64,000 nucleotides of DNA from Minisyncoccia bacterium (GCA_049997795.1 JBEKVT010000001.1:101067-165066); one strand, 5' to 3'; shown: positions 8,580 to 19,293, counted from the first letter of the stretch. The notes: generated from the sequence alone by a model not told the origin. Numbers and translations: made by a program.

Positions 8580-10814
8580 ATGCCGCTTTCTCTCGAAACG
8601 CCCTTGAACGAACGCTTCCGCCTGACTCAAGCGCAGAGGGACGCCCTGCGGCGCCTCGGCATATCGGATGTGAGAGACCTCCTCTATCACTTCCCCGTCC
8701 GCTACGGCGACGTGGCGGAATCGCGGAACATCAACACGCTCGAGAAGGGCGACGTCGCCGTGGTCTTCGGCAAGGTCTCCGGCCTCAAAGCCTCGAAGGG
8801 CTGGAAGTCGAAGGTGGCCATGGCCGAGGCGGACGTCAAGGACGAGACGGGTAAGATCCACTGCGTCTGGTTCAACCAGCCGTACCTGGCCAAGATGACG
8901 CCTGAAGGAGCCTCGGTGCGCCTCGAGGGCCGGGTGTCGCAGAGGAGGGGAAGCGGCGAGCTGTATTTCTCGAATCCGAAGATCGAGGTCGTTAATGAAT
9001 TGCCGTCCGGCGCTCCCGATTCCCTTTTCGGCGAAGGCGAAGGGGCGCACAATCTGTATCCGGTCTATCCGGAATCGCGCGGCATAAGCTCGGCTTGGCT
9101 CTATCACAACATCGCCAAGCTATTCAAGGGCGGCATCCTGGAAGAGTTGGAAGATCCTCTGCCCGGTCATATCTTGGTCAAATATCATCTGCCGAACGTC
9201 CGCACCGCCCTGGTCTGGATCCACGCGCCCAAGAAGAAAGAGGACGCCGAGGCGGCCCGGAAGCGCTTCGCCTTCGAGGAGATATTCATCATCCAATTGT
9301 CCAGGCAGAAGGCCAGAGCGGAATACCGGCGGAATCCGGCTTTTGTCATCGAGCCATCGAAGAGGTCGGTGGAGGAATTCGTGCGGCGATTTCCCTTCAA
9401 GATAACGGCCGCCCAGAAGCGCTCGATAGACGCCATCCTCGGCGACTTCGCCCGCGACGAGGCCATGACGAGATTGCTTGAAGGCGATGTCGGGAGCGGT
9501 AAGACGGCCGTAGCCGCAGCCGCGGCCTTCGCCGCCGTGACCACCAGGCCGTCGCTCGTCCGTCCGGACGGCATGCGCGTACTCCAAAAGTTCGGTAGCC
9601 TACAAGTCGCCTACATGTGCCCGACGGAGATCCTGGCCGCCCAACATTTCGAGTCATTCATACAATATTTCTCATATCTAGGAATCCGTATCGGCCTTAT
9701 CACCTCCTCTGGCTGTAGGGTCTTCCCTTCGAAAGTGAATCCCAAGGGCTCCACCGATATCTCAAAGAATCAACTGCTCTCTTGGGTGGCAAACGGGGAA
9801 ATCCCAATCCTGGTCGGCACTCACGCTCTCATCCAGAAGTCAGTCACTTGGAAGCATCTGGCTTTCGTCATCATTGACGAACAGCACCGTTTCGGCACGG
9901 CCCAGCGGGCGCGGCTGCTCATGAAACACCTGGAGCCGCCGAAGAAAAAGGTTTCTCCGGATCTTTCTCCCTCGCCCGTTCCTCACTTGCTCTCGATGAC
10001 CGCCACGCCCATCCCGCGCACCTTGGCTCTGACTCTGTACGGCGACCTCGACCTGACTCTCCTAGACGAGATGCCGGCCGGCCGCAAGCCGGTCGTGACC
10101 GAGATCGTCTATCCGACCAAGCGTGCCGAAGTCTACGAGAAGATACGCCGCGAGCTTGCGGCCGGCAGGCAAGCTTACGTCATCTGCCCGCGCATAGACG
10201 AGCCTGACCCGGCCAAAGAAGCGGCCATCATCGCCAAATCCGTCAAGGAAGAGGCCAAGCGCCTGAAGAAAGACGTCTTCCCCGAATTCGAGATCGGCGT
10301 CCTCCACGGCAAGATGAAGCCGGATGAGAAAGATGCCATTATGGACGGCTTTAGGAAGGGCCACATCCATATCCTCTGCTCGACTTCTGTCGTCGAAGTG
10401 GGCATGAACGTGCCGAATGCCACGGTCATGGTCATCGAAGGCGCCGAGCGGTTCGGCCTGGCCCAATTGCACCAATTCCGCGGCCGGGTCATGAGGAGTT
10501 CCGATCAGGCTTACTGCTATTGCTTCGCCGAGACGACTTCCGAGAAGTCCGTCGAGCGTTTGAAGGCCTTGAAGACAGCCAAGAACGGCTTCGAGCTCGC
10601 CGAATTCGATCTTACGCAGCGCGGGGCCGGCGAATTATCCGGCGCCAGGCAATGGGGAGTCTCCGACATAGCCATGGACGCCCTCCGGAATCTGCGCCTG
10701 GTAGAGGCCGCCAGGACCGAAGCGGTCCGCCTCATAACCGAAGACGCCGAATTGACCAGGCACCCCGCCCTCAAAAGACTGATCGAGAGCGAGACGGTGG
10801 CGCATTTCGAATAG
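8580..10814 (+). CDS. recG: ATP-dependent DNA helicase RecG
   Basis: GDVGSGKT, DEQHRFG, MTATPIPRT, AERFGLAQLHQFRGRV. Confidence 0.97.
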   Translation: MPLSLETPLNERFRLTQAQRDALRRLGISDVRDLLYHFPVRYGDVAESRNINTLEKGDVAVVFGKVSGLKASKGWKSKVAMAEADVKDETGKIHCVWFNQPYLAKMTPEGASVRLEGRVSQRRGSGELYFSNPKIEVVNELPSGAPDSLFGEGEGAHNLYPVYPESRGISSAWLYHNIAKLFKGGILEELEDPLPGHILVKYHLPNVRTALVWIHAPKKKEDAEAARKRFAFEEIFIIQLSRQKARAEYRRNPAFVIEPSKRSVEEFVRRFPFKITAAQKRSIDAILGDFARDEAMTRLLEGDVGSGKTAVAAAAAFAAVTTRPSLVRPDGMRVLQKFGSLQVAYMCPTEILAAQHFESFIQYFSYLGIRIGLITSSGCRVFPSKVNPKGSTDISKNQLLSWVANGEIPILVGTHALIQKSVTWKHLAFVIIDEQHRFGTAQRARLLMKHLEPPKKKVSPDLSPSPVPHLLSMTATPIPRTLALTLYGDLDLTLLDEMPAGRKPVVTEIVYPTKRAEVYEKIRRELAAGRQAYVICPRIDEPDPAKEAAIIAKSVKEEAKRLKKDVFPEFEIGVLHGKMKPDEKDAIMDGFRKGHIHILCSTSVVEVGMNVPNATVMVIEGAERFGLAQLHQFRGRVMRSSDQAYCYCFAETTSEKSVERLKALKTAKNGFELAEFDLTQRGAGELSGARQWGVSDIAMDALRNLRLVEAARTEAVRLITEDAELTRHPALKRLIESETVAHFE

Positions 10815-10886
10815 TGCACGCGCCAGGACTTGAACCTGGAACCGATCGCGTATAAGGCGACTGCTCTACCATTGAGCTACGCGTGC
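10815..10886 (-). tRNA. tRNA-Ile with UAU anticodon
   Basis: GCACGCG/CGCGTGC acceptor stem, TAGCTCAATGGTAGAGC D-arm, loop CT-TAT-AC, GGTTCAAGTCC; CCA not encoded. Confidence 0.88.
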
Positions 10887-10898
10887 GACACCGGAAGC

Positions 10899-12839
10899 TT
10901 AAACCTTTTTCTCTTTCTTAACAATGATGCCGTTCGCCGCCAGCAATTTCTCGTATTCTTCGCGCTCGATGGTCTCCTTCTCGACGAGCGTCTTGGCCAC
11001 GGCCTCGAAGGCCTTCTTGTGAGAGGAGAGCGTCTTCTCGGCGGTCGTCCGGGCTTCCGTCATGATACGGGTCACTTCGGCGTCTATCTCCGCCGCCACT
11101 TTCTCCGAATATTCCCTGTCGGCCACGCCCATGCCGAACATCACCCTGCCCTGGGCGCTGTCCAAGGCCACCGGACCTATCTTCTCCGACATGCCGTAGC
11201 GCGTCACCATGTCCCGGGCCAGGGCCGTCGAGACCTGCAGGTCATTGGAGGCGCCGGTCGTCATATCGTCGAAGACCATGCGTTCGGCCACGTATCCGCC
11301 GAGCGAGACGGCGATGTCGTCCAGGAATTCCTTGCGCGACTGTAATCTCCTGTCCTCGAACGGCAATTTCAATGTATAACCGGCGGCGCGGCCTCTCGAG
11401 ATTATGGAGATCTTGTGCACCGGATCGGCGTGAGGCAATACGGAAGCGACGATGGCGTGGCCGGCCTCGTGGTAGGCGGTGATCTCCTTCTCGTGCGGCG
11501 ACAGGACGTGCGAGCGGCGCTCGGGGCCCAGCATGACCTTCTCGATCGAGCGGATGAAATCGAACTGGCCAATCTTGGAGCGGCCTTCGCGGGCGGCCAA
11601 TATGGCCGCTTCGTTGGTGAGCGAGGCCAGGTCGGCCCCGGAGAAGCCTGGAGTGCGCTCGGCCACTATCCGCAGATTGACGTCCTCGGCCAACTGCTTC
11701 TTGCTGACGTGTATCTTCATGATGTCTTCGCGGTCATTCCTGTCGGGCAGGTCTATCGTCACCCGGCGGTCGAAGCGGCCCGGCCGAAGGAGCGCCGGAT
11801 CGAGGACATCAGGCCGGTTGGTTGCGGCCATGACGATGACCTTCTCATTCGGCTCGAAGCCGTCCATCTCCACCAGGATCTGATTCAGGGTCTGTTCACG
11901 CTCATCGTTGCCGCCGCCCCAGCCGCCGCCCCGGGTCCTTCCTACGGCGTCTATCTCATCCACGAAGACGATGGCCGGCGCGGCTTCTTTGGCCATCTTG
12001 AAGAGGTCGCGCACCCGCGAGGCCCCGACGCCGACAAACATCTCCACGAATTCCGAGCCGGAGATCGCGAAGAAGGCTACGCCGGCTTCGCCGGCCACCG
12101 CCCGGGCGAGGAGCGTCTTGCCTGTCCCCGGCGCGCCCATCAGGATGACGCCCTTCGGGATCTCCGCTCCGATGTCTATGAATTTCTTCGGGTTCTTCAG
12201 GAAGTCGACGATCTCCAGCAGTTCCTGCTTGGCCTCCTTGGCTCCGGCCACGTCTTTGAAAGTGATCTTTGGCTTCTGGTCCTCGGGCAAGGTCACTCTG
12301 GCCTTTGATTGGCCGAATGAGAGGGCCGCCATGCCGGCTCCGCGCATCTGTCGCGACAGGAGCCAGACGAAGAAGATGAGGAAGATGAACGGCAGGATGA
12401 AAGGCGCCAGCTGACCAGCCCAGTATAGGAAGCCGGAAGGCTCGGCCACGGTTATGGTGGTAGTCGACAGTTGGGCAGGTGTGACGCCGAGGCGAGTCAG
12501 GGATTCGGTGAGAGATGAGTCTGTCTCCTTCTGTGCAGTCCTCGTCGTCTTGTCGGTATATTGAGTGGTGACGGTCGTGTCCTGGATGGTCAATGAAGAA
12601 ATAAGGCCGCGTTTCAGGCCGTCGGCGATGGTCGAGAGCGGCACGGACGGCGCCGGCTGGTTCTGGGCGGAATATTCGGCATATATGCCGGAGACCAGAA
12701 GGAAGACCAGGATGATGGTGGCGACGATGTTGACGAAATTCCAGCGGGGCGCTGCGGGGCCGCGGCCGTCTTTCTTGCCGCTGCGGCGGCCATTGCCTTG
12801 GCCGTTGGACCGGCCGTTCGGGTTGGCGAATGGAGGCAT
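10899..12839 (-). CDS. ftsH: ATP-dependent zinc metalloprotease FtsH
   Basis: Two TMs, [17 protein letters not shown]. Confidence 0.97.
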   Translation of the reverse strand: MPPFANPNGRSNGQGNGRRSGKKDGRGPAAPRWNFVNIVATIILVFLLVSGIYAEYSAQNQPAPSVPLSTIADGLKRGLISSLTIQDTTVTTQYTDKTTRTAQKETDSSLTESLTRLGVTPAQLSTTTITVAEPSGFLYWAGQLAPFILPFIFLIFFVWLLSRQMRGAGMAALSFGQSKARVTLPEDQKPKITFKDVAGAKEAKQELLEIVDFLKNPKKFIDIGAEIPKGVILMGAPGTGKTLLARAVAGEAGVAFFAISGSEFVEMFVGVGASRVRDLFKMAKEAAPAIVFVDEIDAVGRTRGGGWGGGNDEREQTLNQILVEMDGFEPNEKVIVMAATNRPDVLDPALLRPGRFDRRVTIDLPDRNDREDIMKIHVSKKQLAEDVNLRIVAERTPGFSGADLASLTNEAAILAAREGRSKIGQFDFIRSIEKVMLGPERRSHVLSPHEKEITAYHEAGHAIVASVLPHADPVHKISIISRGRAAGYTLKLPFEDRRLQSRKEFLDDIAVSLGGYVAERMVFDDMTTGASNDLQVSTALARDMVTRYGMSEKIGPVALDSAQGRVMFGMGVADREYSEKVAAEIDAEVTRIMTEARTTAEKTLSSHKKAFEAVAKTLVEKETIEREEYEKLLAANGIIVKKEKKV

Positions 12840-12933
12840 GATGGTTGATTATACAGAAAAGCCCTGAAATTGAAAGAAATCCGGGGTCTTGACTGGTACC
12901 TTGCGGATTTTACGGCCCGGTGTATACTGCTTA

Positions 12934-13086
12934 CGCAATGCCAGAGAATCGCGGATTCATTATGTCCACCGGGAAGCAGGTCCTCGCCTATCGTCGGGGG
13001 CTCATGTTTGGCATTGCGAGAGAGTAATAAGATTTAGACCAAGATACCAAACACGAGCCCCCGACATCCGGGGGCTCGTTTCGTTG
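12934..13086 (+). promoter_or_regulatory. Candidate attenuator leader (29-codon leader ORF, antiterminator, terminator)
   Basis: TATACT at 12923; ORF 12938-13027; 18/19-bp helix 12993-13011:13047-13065 competes with terminator 13053-13063:13069-13079. Confidence 0.6.
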
Positions 13087-13122
13087 GGCTCTTTAGCTCT
13101 TTAGAAAGGAGAAGAACCCCCC

Positions 13123-13305
13123 ATGAAGACAGTCAACGGCAAAGACCCGTCGACGACCACTGCACCGAAAAACGGCAGGGATCATGGATTGAGGGGCACA
13201 GTGCTCCTGCCCGTAACCGGCAGACGCGCCATCACCTTGATTTCGATCCCGGCTGATCTTCTCAGTAGGCCGTCCTTCAGGCGCCTGGTCCACGAGATCA
13301 GGTAG
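13123..13305 (+). CDS. Hypothetical 60-aa protein
   Basis: AAAGGAG Shine-Dalgarno upstream; hairpin acccccgga...tccgggggt after stop. Confidence 0.5.
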   Translation: MKTVNGKDPSTTTAPKNGRDHGLRGTVLLPVTGRRAITLISIPADLLSRPSFRRLVHEIR

Positions 13306-13359
13306 CCAAAACCCCCGGATGCTTACGCGTCCGGGGGTCTTCTCATTCAAGGTCGAGGC

Positions 13360-13566
13360 CTATTTCTTCTCCTCGCAGCACTTGCAGCGGCAGAGCTTCG
13401 GCCAGACCGCCACGATGAGGAGGATCGGCCAGATGATGTCGGCCACGTACCAGCTGAAGACGTTGAAGTTCGCCAGAAGGACAGTGACGGCGATCAGGAC
13501 GACCGCAACGGGCATGACCTTGTGGTGCGGGCACTTGCACACCTTTGGACCTTCGTTCGGATTCAT
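13360..13566 (-). CDS. Small Cys-rich two-TM membrane protein
   Basis: CKCPHH, two hydrophobic helices, CRCKCC C-terminus. Confidence 0.7.
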   Translation of the reverse strand: MNPNEGPKVCKCPHHKVMPVAVVLIAVTVLLANFNVFSWYVADIIWPILLIVAVWPKLCRCKCCEEKK

Positions 13567-13705
13567 GGTTATTGTGGATGATTATGCTAGTAAAAGTAGA
13601 CATATTATAGCATCTCCCGGCGCCTCATGGCCCGCAACGGTTGTGGGGAAAGTAATGAAGGACAGGCAAGAAAAAGGGCCCGTTTTTGGTGGGGCCCTCG
13701 CAAAA

Positions 13706-14434
13706 TTAACGAGATCGGCTGCTGGCGACTGCTTCGACAGGCGATCTCAATGGCTCGAAGCGGAAGTAATACCCTTTCTTGTGCTTGACGATCCCGAAGA
13801 TATCGTGAAGGAGGAGATACAGCTCATCGAACTCGCAGCTGCATCGATCACGTGAAGCCTGGGTGAGCTGCCGGTTGCTTTCGACGCCGACGTCGAAGCG
13901 GCCGGCTGCTTCTCCTTCGCCTTCCACGCGTTTCAGCCTCAAGATCTCATCGGCGATGGGCTGCAAATCAGAGTCAGCGGCCGATTCCGCCTCGGACAGG
14001 CTCTCGGCCGTCGCGATCGACGAGTGCTCTTCAAGGAGCTTGCCGTACTGTTCGAGTAAATATCCGAACCCTCTCGACACAGACACTCGGTCGGGCAGCT
14101 CCGCCCTCTTGTTCCAGAGCGAAATCAGGACCCGGATGGCGGCAGCCGGCGCCGCCAGACTGCTCACGGCGCTCAGGGCGATCGCCAGGATCGGATGGAG
14201 ATTGACGTCCATCCGCGCGATGATCATGAACGACATCGCTGTCCACAAGATGAAGGACACGACAGCGAAGACGATGGCACAGGCGTTGTTCCGTCTCCTG
14301 CGGACCATGTCTTTCGCCTTTTCCATGAGGATCTCATGTTCCCAGCGGAGATCGACCCTCTGGGATTTCTCCCAGCAATCGAATACCCACGGCCGCATTT
14401 TCTTCAAGATGCGGACGAGCTTGGATGCTTTCAT
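13706..14434 (-). CDS. Hypothetical membrane protein
   Basis: 242-aa ORF, two TMs, SD-like GAAAGGG, downstream hairpin. Confidence 0.6.
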   Translation of the reverse strand: MKASKLVRILKKMRPWVFDCWEKSQRVDLRWEHEILMEKAKDMVRRRRNNACAIVFAVVSFILWTAMSFMIIARMDVNLHPILAIALSAVSSLAAPAAAIRVLISLWNKRAELPDRVSVSRGFGYLLEQYGKLLEEHSSIATAESLSEAESAADSDLQPIADEILRLKRVEGEGEAAGRFDVGVESNRQLTQASRDRCSCEFDELYLLLHDIFGIVKHKKGYYFRFEPLRSPVEAVASSRSR

Positions 14435-14678
14435 TCTTCCCTTTCTGTTCTCAATGGGCTTTTGGCCGTCATCCCCCCGTCTCCGGAGGGCGACACTTCA
14501 TCGAGTTCTGCATCGCCCCGGACGAGACTGTTCGTAACGTCCTGGCTTTGCACCGCCATTTGTTTTTAGCAATGGCGGGGATGATTCCGCCACAAATAAT
14601 ATCACCGCTAGGAGAATTTGTCAAATCAGTTCAGATGATGTGGCTAGGCGATGAAAATCGCCGCGCCAAGCGGATGTT

Positions 14679-14957
14679 CTAGCCGAGAGCCAGCCGGATG
14701 GCGGCCTTGCAGGCATCGGAGACCATGCCTCCGACCTCCCTGCTGTTGTCTTCGATGCGCACCTTTTCCCCATTCCTCGGCAGATAGACGTATTCACCCT
14801 CTATGTAGGCGATCCTTTTGCCGGTCATGTCGAAGACCTCCGTGCTCGAGAAGTAAGCGACCTTATTGCCGTTATGGTCGTATATATGGTCGCCGTCCAC
14901 CCGGCCGATCTTCACCCCGCCGCGCCTGATCTCGTTGTTGTTCACGACCTGGATCAT
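14679..14957 (-). CDS. Hypothetical small beta-repeat protein
   Basis: Repeated IYD..G.K(V/I)(G/A)Y units. Confidence 0.65.
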   Translation of the reverse strand: MIQVVNNNEIRRGGVKIGRVDGDHIYDHNGNKVAYFSSTEVFDMTGKRIAYIEGEYVYLPRNGEKVRIEDNSREVGGMVSDACKAAIRLALG

Positions 14958-15031
14958 GGCCCTATTGTATCAGATGGGGAAATAAAAATCCCGCGGTACG
15001 ATTATCGTCGCATTTATACTATAATCAAGGG

Positions 15032-15838
15032 ATGGAATTCTTCGTACTGCTCGGCGCCCGCACTCCCAGGAACGAGAGGGGGGAGATCACGTTCCCTCTT
15101 GTCGCCGGGACCAGGACGAATTCAAACGCCTCCATGGAAGAAGAGGTCTCGGGAGGATGGGCGCGGATGGGCGGATTGAGGATATTGAAACAGCAGTTCA
15201 CGTCCAACGTCCATCCGTCAGACCTTATCGTATTCGTCACGGGCGGCCAAGAGCCTGGGGCCGATGCTTCTCGCGCCGAAAACATGGCGAGGGCCTTGGT
15301 GGAGACTTTCGGTTTCGACCCCGCAAAAGTCATCCCCATCCGGGGTAAGGGCTCTACTCAAGGGAACGCCGAGTCGATCATCCGCTATATGGTGGAGAAG
15401 AAATACATGAAGAAGACTCCTCTGGTGCTGAATCTCGTGACCAACGACTATCACATGCTCCGCGCGTGGCTCTTGTTCGCGTTCGCCTTCTACGAACATC
15501 ACAACGGCACCTCGCTCGTATTGCCGGCCGAGGATATCGAAACGATAAGGACGATCCTGAAAAAGGCCACCGAGAAGCTCGCGGAAAAAAAGAAATGCGA
15601 CCCGGACGCGTTCCGAGAGGTGCGCGACCACGTGCTGTCGATCGTCCGTCCCCACCTTCTGGGGGAGCTCGCCGTGCAATTGGAGCCCTGTGTCGTCGAG
15701 GACATCTTCCAGCACACCCACCGCCATCTTCTGGAGAGGTACGCGGAGTGGCTCCGCGAGCACCCGAAGGTCCTCGAGACCACCAAATACGAGTACAAGG
15801 GAGTGATGGACCTGCTCGAAGGAAAATACGGACTATAG
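15032..15838 (+). CDS. DUF218 (YdcF/ElyC/SanA-like) protein
   Basis: VLLG, VTGG, S.A..M, ST.GNA, LVTNDYHMLRA. Confidence 0.7.
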   Translation: MEFFVLLGARTPRNERGEITFPLVAGTRTNSNASMEEEVSGGWARMGGLRILKQQFTSNVHPSDLIVFVTGGQEPGADASRAENMARALVETFGFDPAKVIPIRGKGSTQGNAESIIRYMVEKKYMKKTPLVLNLVTNDYHMLRAWLLFAFAFYEHHNGTSLVLPAEDIETIRTILKKATEKLAEKKKCDPDAFREVRDHVLSIVRPHLLGELAVQLEPCVVEDIFQHTHRHLLERYAEWLREHPKVLETTKYEYKGVMDLLEGKYGL

Positions 15839-15950
15839 CCGCGGCCCCGGGAACAGATCGGCACTGAATAAGACACACCATTAAAAATTGGCGCCACTGT
15901 CTTCACCAACATAAAATCTCTGGAACCAGTCAGGGCCCTTTCTGCCCTTT

Positions 15951-16883
15951 TTATGTCGCTTTTAAGGCAAGCGATCTGTTGTGATGCCGCCGCGATTTCT
16001 CGAAAAACCAACCTACGGTCAAGAATGTCACCAACGGCGATACCCAGCCTGGTATATCCATGTGAAATGCGTTTAACGACATAATGATTCCCAGGAATAA
16101 TATCGAATACATCGCTCCGTTCTTCAGGAAAACATAATTCTTGATCCGCTGTATGTTTCCGACTGTTAATTGGCGCACGACGTACGCTCCGAGGCCGTTA
16201 CCAAGGATGATCACGGGCACGGATAGCGTGAAAGCGAACGCGCCCAGTACCCCGTCTATCGAGAATGTCGCGTCGATGATCTCGAGATAGAGCACCTTGC
16301 TCACGTCGGAACGCGTCTTTTTGATCAGGTTTTCTTCCGCCAATTCGGCGCTCTGTTTGAAGCCGTGCGTGATGAAAAAGGCTGTCGATCCTACGACGGC
16401 GCCGAACGCCATGAATGGATTTACCTTGATGGCAAACCAAACGATGACCGCGAGCATGATGGAAGTGGTCGCATAGAACCAGACGCCTTGTTCCAAGAAG
16501 AATCTCTCATGAGGCAATCCGATATTCTTGTCTTCAAGGAAAAGCCAGTGGAGAAAAAGCAATATGAGGAACATCCCGCCGCCGAGCAGCAAGATGGGCG
16601 CTGCGTATCCGATCGCGTCCAATACGGCCGGGTCGCTGCTGAACGTGGCGGTGAAGGCGCCGATAGGTCCAAGCGCCGGACTCGTCGTCCAGATGATGAT
16701 CCAGGGCAATGCCCCGCGAATCACGAAGACCGCGAACAGAAGTCCCCAGAACAAGAACCATTTCCTGGCCCGCGGCCGCATGGTCGCAAGGACTTCCGCA
16801 TTTACGATCGCATTGTCGACGCTACTGATAGTTTCGAAGAGAGCCAAACCGCAGATAGTAATGGCAAGAGTAAATAGATTCAT
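15951..16883 (-). CDS. DUF475/TerC-like integral membrane protein
   Basis: SVDNAIVNAEVL, YLEIIDATFSIDGVLGAFAFT. Confidence 0.88.
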   Translation of the reverse strand: MNLFTLAITICGLALFETISSVDNAIVNAEVLATMRPRARKWFLFWGLLFAVFVIRGALPWIIIWTTSPALGPIGAFTATFSSDPAVLDAIGYAAPILLLGGGMFLILLFLHWLFLEDKNIGLPHERFFLEQGVWFYATTSIMLAVIVWFAIKVNPFMAFGAVVGSTAFFITHGFKQSAELAEENLIKKTRSDVSKVLYLEIIDATFSIDGVLGAFAFTLSVPVIILGNGLGAYVVRQLTVGNIQRIKNYVFLKNGAMYSILFLGIIMSLNAFHMDIPGWVSPLVTFLTVGWFFEKSRRHHNRSLALKAT

Positions 16884-16919
16884 ACGGCCACATTATAGCT
16901 CTTAAGAGACGTCATTCGA

Positions 16920-17024
16920 AATAGTTGAGATGGGTGCGTCTCTGTAGAACTGAATTCTCTAAAGCTATATGAGAAGATTTAGCCTGCATATAAAAAGTGC
17001 GATGAACCCGAAGGTCCATCGCAC
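16920..17024. repeat. Direct repeat copy 1 (degenerate tmRNA-3'-end core plus terminator hairpin)
   Basis: About 80% identical by eye to 17531-17637. Confidence 0.8.
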
Positions 17025-17059
17025 CTGACCGAGCCGACTACTGTAGCGTGTGGCCGTCG

Positions 17060-17404
17060 TTACATGAGGTAGTGAAGGACCCAACCGAAGGAAAGCGCGA
17101 GGAGTGCATAAAGTAGGCTGGTTCCTAATGAGAGATACAGCATATAACCCCAACCCCGCTCCACTTCCTCATTGTAAGATCCGGAATGCATCGTGAGATA
17201 GCCCACGATCATGGAAATTCCCATTGCCGGAATGATTTTCAACACCGGCAAATGAAAAACCGGGACTACAAACCATCCCCACAGCACGCTCAGCACGAAG
17301 CCGTCGAGAATCGTCACGAGAGCCAGTGAGGCAATAAAACCGACGATGATCCAACTGGTTCGATTGAATTCGAGCCTGATACGTTGTCTTTCAGAGAACC
17401 ACAT
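17060..17404 (-). CDS. Hypothetical membrane protein (cassette cargo)
   Basis: Three hydrophobic helices; SD GAAAGGA; promoter TTGACT-18-TACAAT upstream. Confidence 0.7.
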   Translation of the reverse strand: MWFSERQRIRLEFNRTSWIIVGFIASLALVTILDGFVLSVLWGWFVVPVFHLPVLKIIPAMGISMIVGYLTMHSGSYNEEVERGWGYMLYLSLGTSLLYALLALSFGWVLHYLM

Positions 17405-17530
17405 GATTCCTTTCTATTTCAAGATGCATGCTTGCTACCTTGAACTGTGATTTAGGTGTATTGGGAAATTGCTACTCCCAGATGTTCTGAAAATATTGTA
17501 GCACACTTGATAACCATTAGTCAAGTGATA

Positions 17531-17637
17531 AATGGTGGAGATGGGTACATCTCTGTAGAACCGAATTCTCTAATCTATATATCTAGAGGTATTAATCTGT
17601 ATATAAAAAGTGCGATGAACCCGAAGGTTCATCGCAC
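17531..17637. repeat. Direct repeat copy 2, starting with TGGTGGAGATGG (identical to tmRNA 3' end)
   Basis: 17533-17544 equals 19559-19570; includes hairpin gtgcgatgaac-ccgaag-gttcatcgcac. Confidence 0.8.
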
Positions 17638-17658
17638 TCGAACTAACGAAATGACAAG

Positions 17659-18984
17659 CTATTTCTCACCACTGCTGGTAGGCTGCTTCGGCACTGACAT
17701 GTCCAAGGACAAGTCCTTGGCTGCTTTCGCCGTCAGCAGATTGATGAGGTCGACCGCACCAGAACCGGCGTTGCTGCCGGAACCAGTGTTGCTGCCCGCC
17801 ATAAAGATGCTGGGCACCCACGGGCCTTGGTGATTCTGAATCGCCACGGCGTACGCTTTGTTGACCTCGATGTAAGCATTCAGCTTTATCGCGAGGGCGC
17901 CGTCGGCTTCCATTACGAGCTTCCGACGAGTCGCGTCGCCTTCGCCTTCGAGCGTCTGCTGGCGCTTGTACTGTTCGGCAGCCTGGGCTTTCAGCGTCGC
18001 CACGGAGAGATCTCGCTGTGCATTTCTCTGCTGCACATTGTATTCCCGTTCGGCGTCGGTCTCGGCTACGGCCTTCTGCTGCTGGGCCTTGGTGACTTCG
18101 GTCGCCTTGATGACTTCCTGTTCCCACTTGGCCTTGGCGGCGTTCGCCTCGCCCTGCTTGGCGACAGTGATCGCATTCTGCTCAGCGGTCTTGGACTGGG
18201 CGATGGCCGTCTGCACGTCCATGATCGCCTTTTGCTGGGCTTGAATCTGCTGTTCCACCGTGTCGCCATATTTGACTTCATTGATGGAGAGGTTGAAGAC
18301 CTTGACGCCGAATTCCTTGAGCGGGGATTCCTCCTCGCGCACGAAGTTCCCGTCCGGTCCCTTCAACGGCTCGACGAATTTGATCGTCTTCTTCTGGCCG
18401 GTGAGAAGGTCGTCCGTCAGCACATCCTTGGAGGCCGTGCGATAGACGCCGTTGACCTGCTGGTCATAGATGAGGCTCAACAGATCGTTACGCCGGGTGG
18501 CGTAGGATTCCGCCGAGGACATCAATGGTCCTGTCATGTAGAGGCTTTTCTCCAGGTTGGTCCTGATCAGCTGCTGTTCCACCGCCCTCTCGCTGCCATA
18601 CTTTGTGTGGATGAGCGTAAGGTGAGCGGAATCCAGCGGCATTTCCCACGACATGGAACCGGAGATGTGGGCCTCGGCGCCGTCGTTGAAGCGGATCTTG
18701 ACCGCCTCGTTCTGCGCACTGCCCTGGTCGGGCTTTGAAGAGAACCAGAACTGCATGCGCTTGTGATATGTCACGACGTGTCCGAGATACTGGAGTTTGA
18801 GCCCCGGCATCGTATACCATTCCAGTTTGCCCGAGATGGGGTGCTGGACGACGACGATCTCGTCGGCGGCAACGTGAGTGAACGAGCGAGTGAGGACGAA
18901 GAGGCCAATGAGCACACCTACGACGGTGAGGACAGTGGCCACGATTTTCCGGGTCTGGATTTCCTGACCTGAGGAGTTAGTCAT
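17659..18984 (-). CDS. SPFH/band 7 domain membrane protein with coiled coil
   Basis: N-terminal TM, IRFNDG, AEQ-rich coiled coil. Confidence 0.82.
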   Translation of the reverse strand: MTNSSGQEIQTRKIVATVLTVVGVLIGLFVLTRSFTHVAADEIVVVQHPISGKLEWYTMPGLKLQYLGHVVTYHKRMQFWFSSKPDQGSAQNEAVKIRFNDGAEAHISGSMSWEMPLDSAHLTLIHTKYGSERAVEQQLIRTNLEKSLYMTGPLMSSAESYATRRNDLLSLIYDQQVNGVYRTASKDVLTDDLLTGQKKTIKFVEPLKGPDGNFVREEESPLKEFGVKVFNLSINEVKYGDTVEQQIQAQQKAIMDVQTAIAQSKTAEQNAITVAKQGEANAAKAKWEQEVIKATEVTKAQQQKAVAETDAEREYNVQQRNAQRDLSVATLKAQAAEQYKRQQTLEGEGDATRRKLVMEADGALAIKLNAYIEVNKAYAVAIQNHQGPWVPSIFMAGSNTGSGSNAGSGAVDLINLLTAKAAKDLSLDMSVPKQPTSSGEK

Positions 18985-19035
18985 GTCTGATTGGGGTTGT
19001 CTGAGTTGAGTTGTGTGTCTGAGGTTGGGACAGAA

Positions 19036-19293
19036 TCAGGATTGCGGTCCTCCAGATTCCGGCTTGGGAGCAGCGGGGGTAGCTTTGGCGCGAGTGGAAT
19101 CGAGTTCCCTCGCGATCCGCTGCTCATCCAGTGTGCCGCGGGCATCCCGGAGTGCCGCCTTGAGTTTGCGGCGGTTTCCCCGGAACATCGGGAACAGCGG
19201 CTTATTCGTCCAGAGCGGAACGGCTATCTGGAAGAATAAGAACGTCAGGAACAGGATCGTTCCTACGGCGACTGACATTTCAGCGAAGTTCAT
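19036..19293 (-). CDS. Hypothetical TM/coiled-coil protein upstream of SPFH gene
   Basis: N-terminal TM, FQI.VPLW...LFP motif. Confidence 0.65.
   Translation of the reverse strand: MNFAEMSVAVGTILFLTFLFFQIAVPLWTNKPLFPMFRGNRRKLKAALRDARGTLDEQRIARELDSTRAKATPAAPKPESGGPQS

Noticed and set aside
12960-12990. GGAAGCAG motif suggesting SRP (4.5S) RNA
   Set aside because: Lacks the surrounding SRP helix 8 consensus; attenuator model explains the pairing better
16920-17637. Repeats as CRISPR array or integron attC sites
   Set aside because: Only two long copies separated by a gene; no regular spacers, cas genes, attC R-box pattern or integrase
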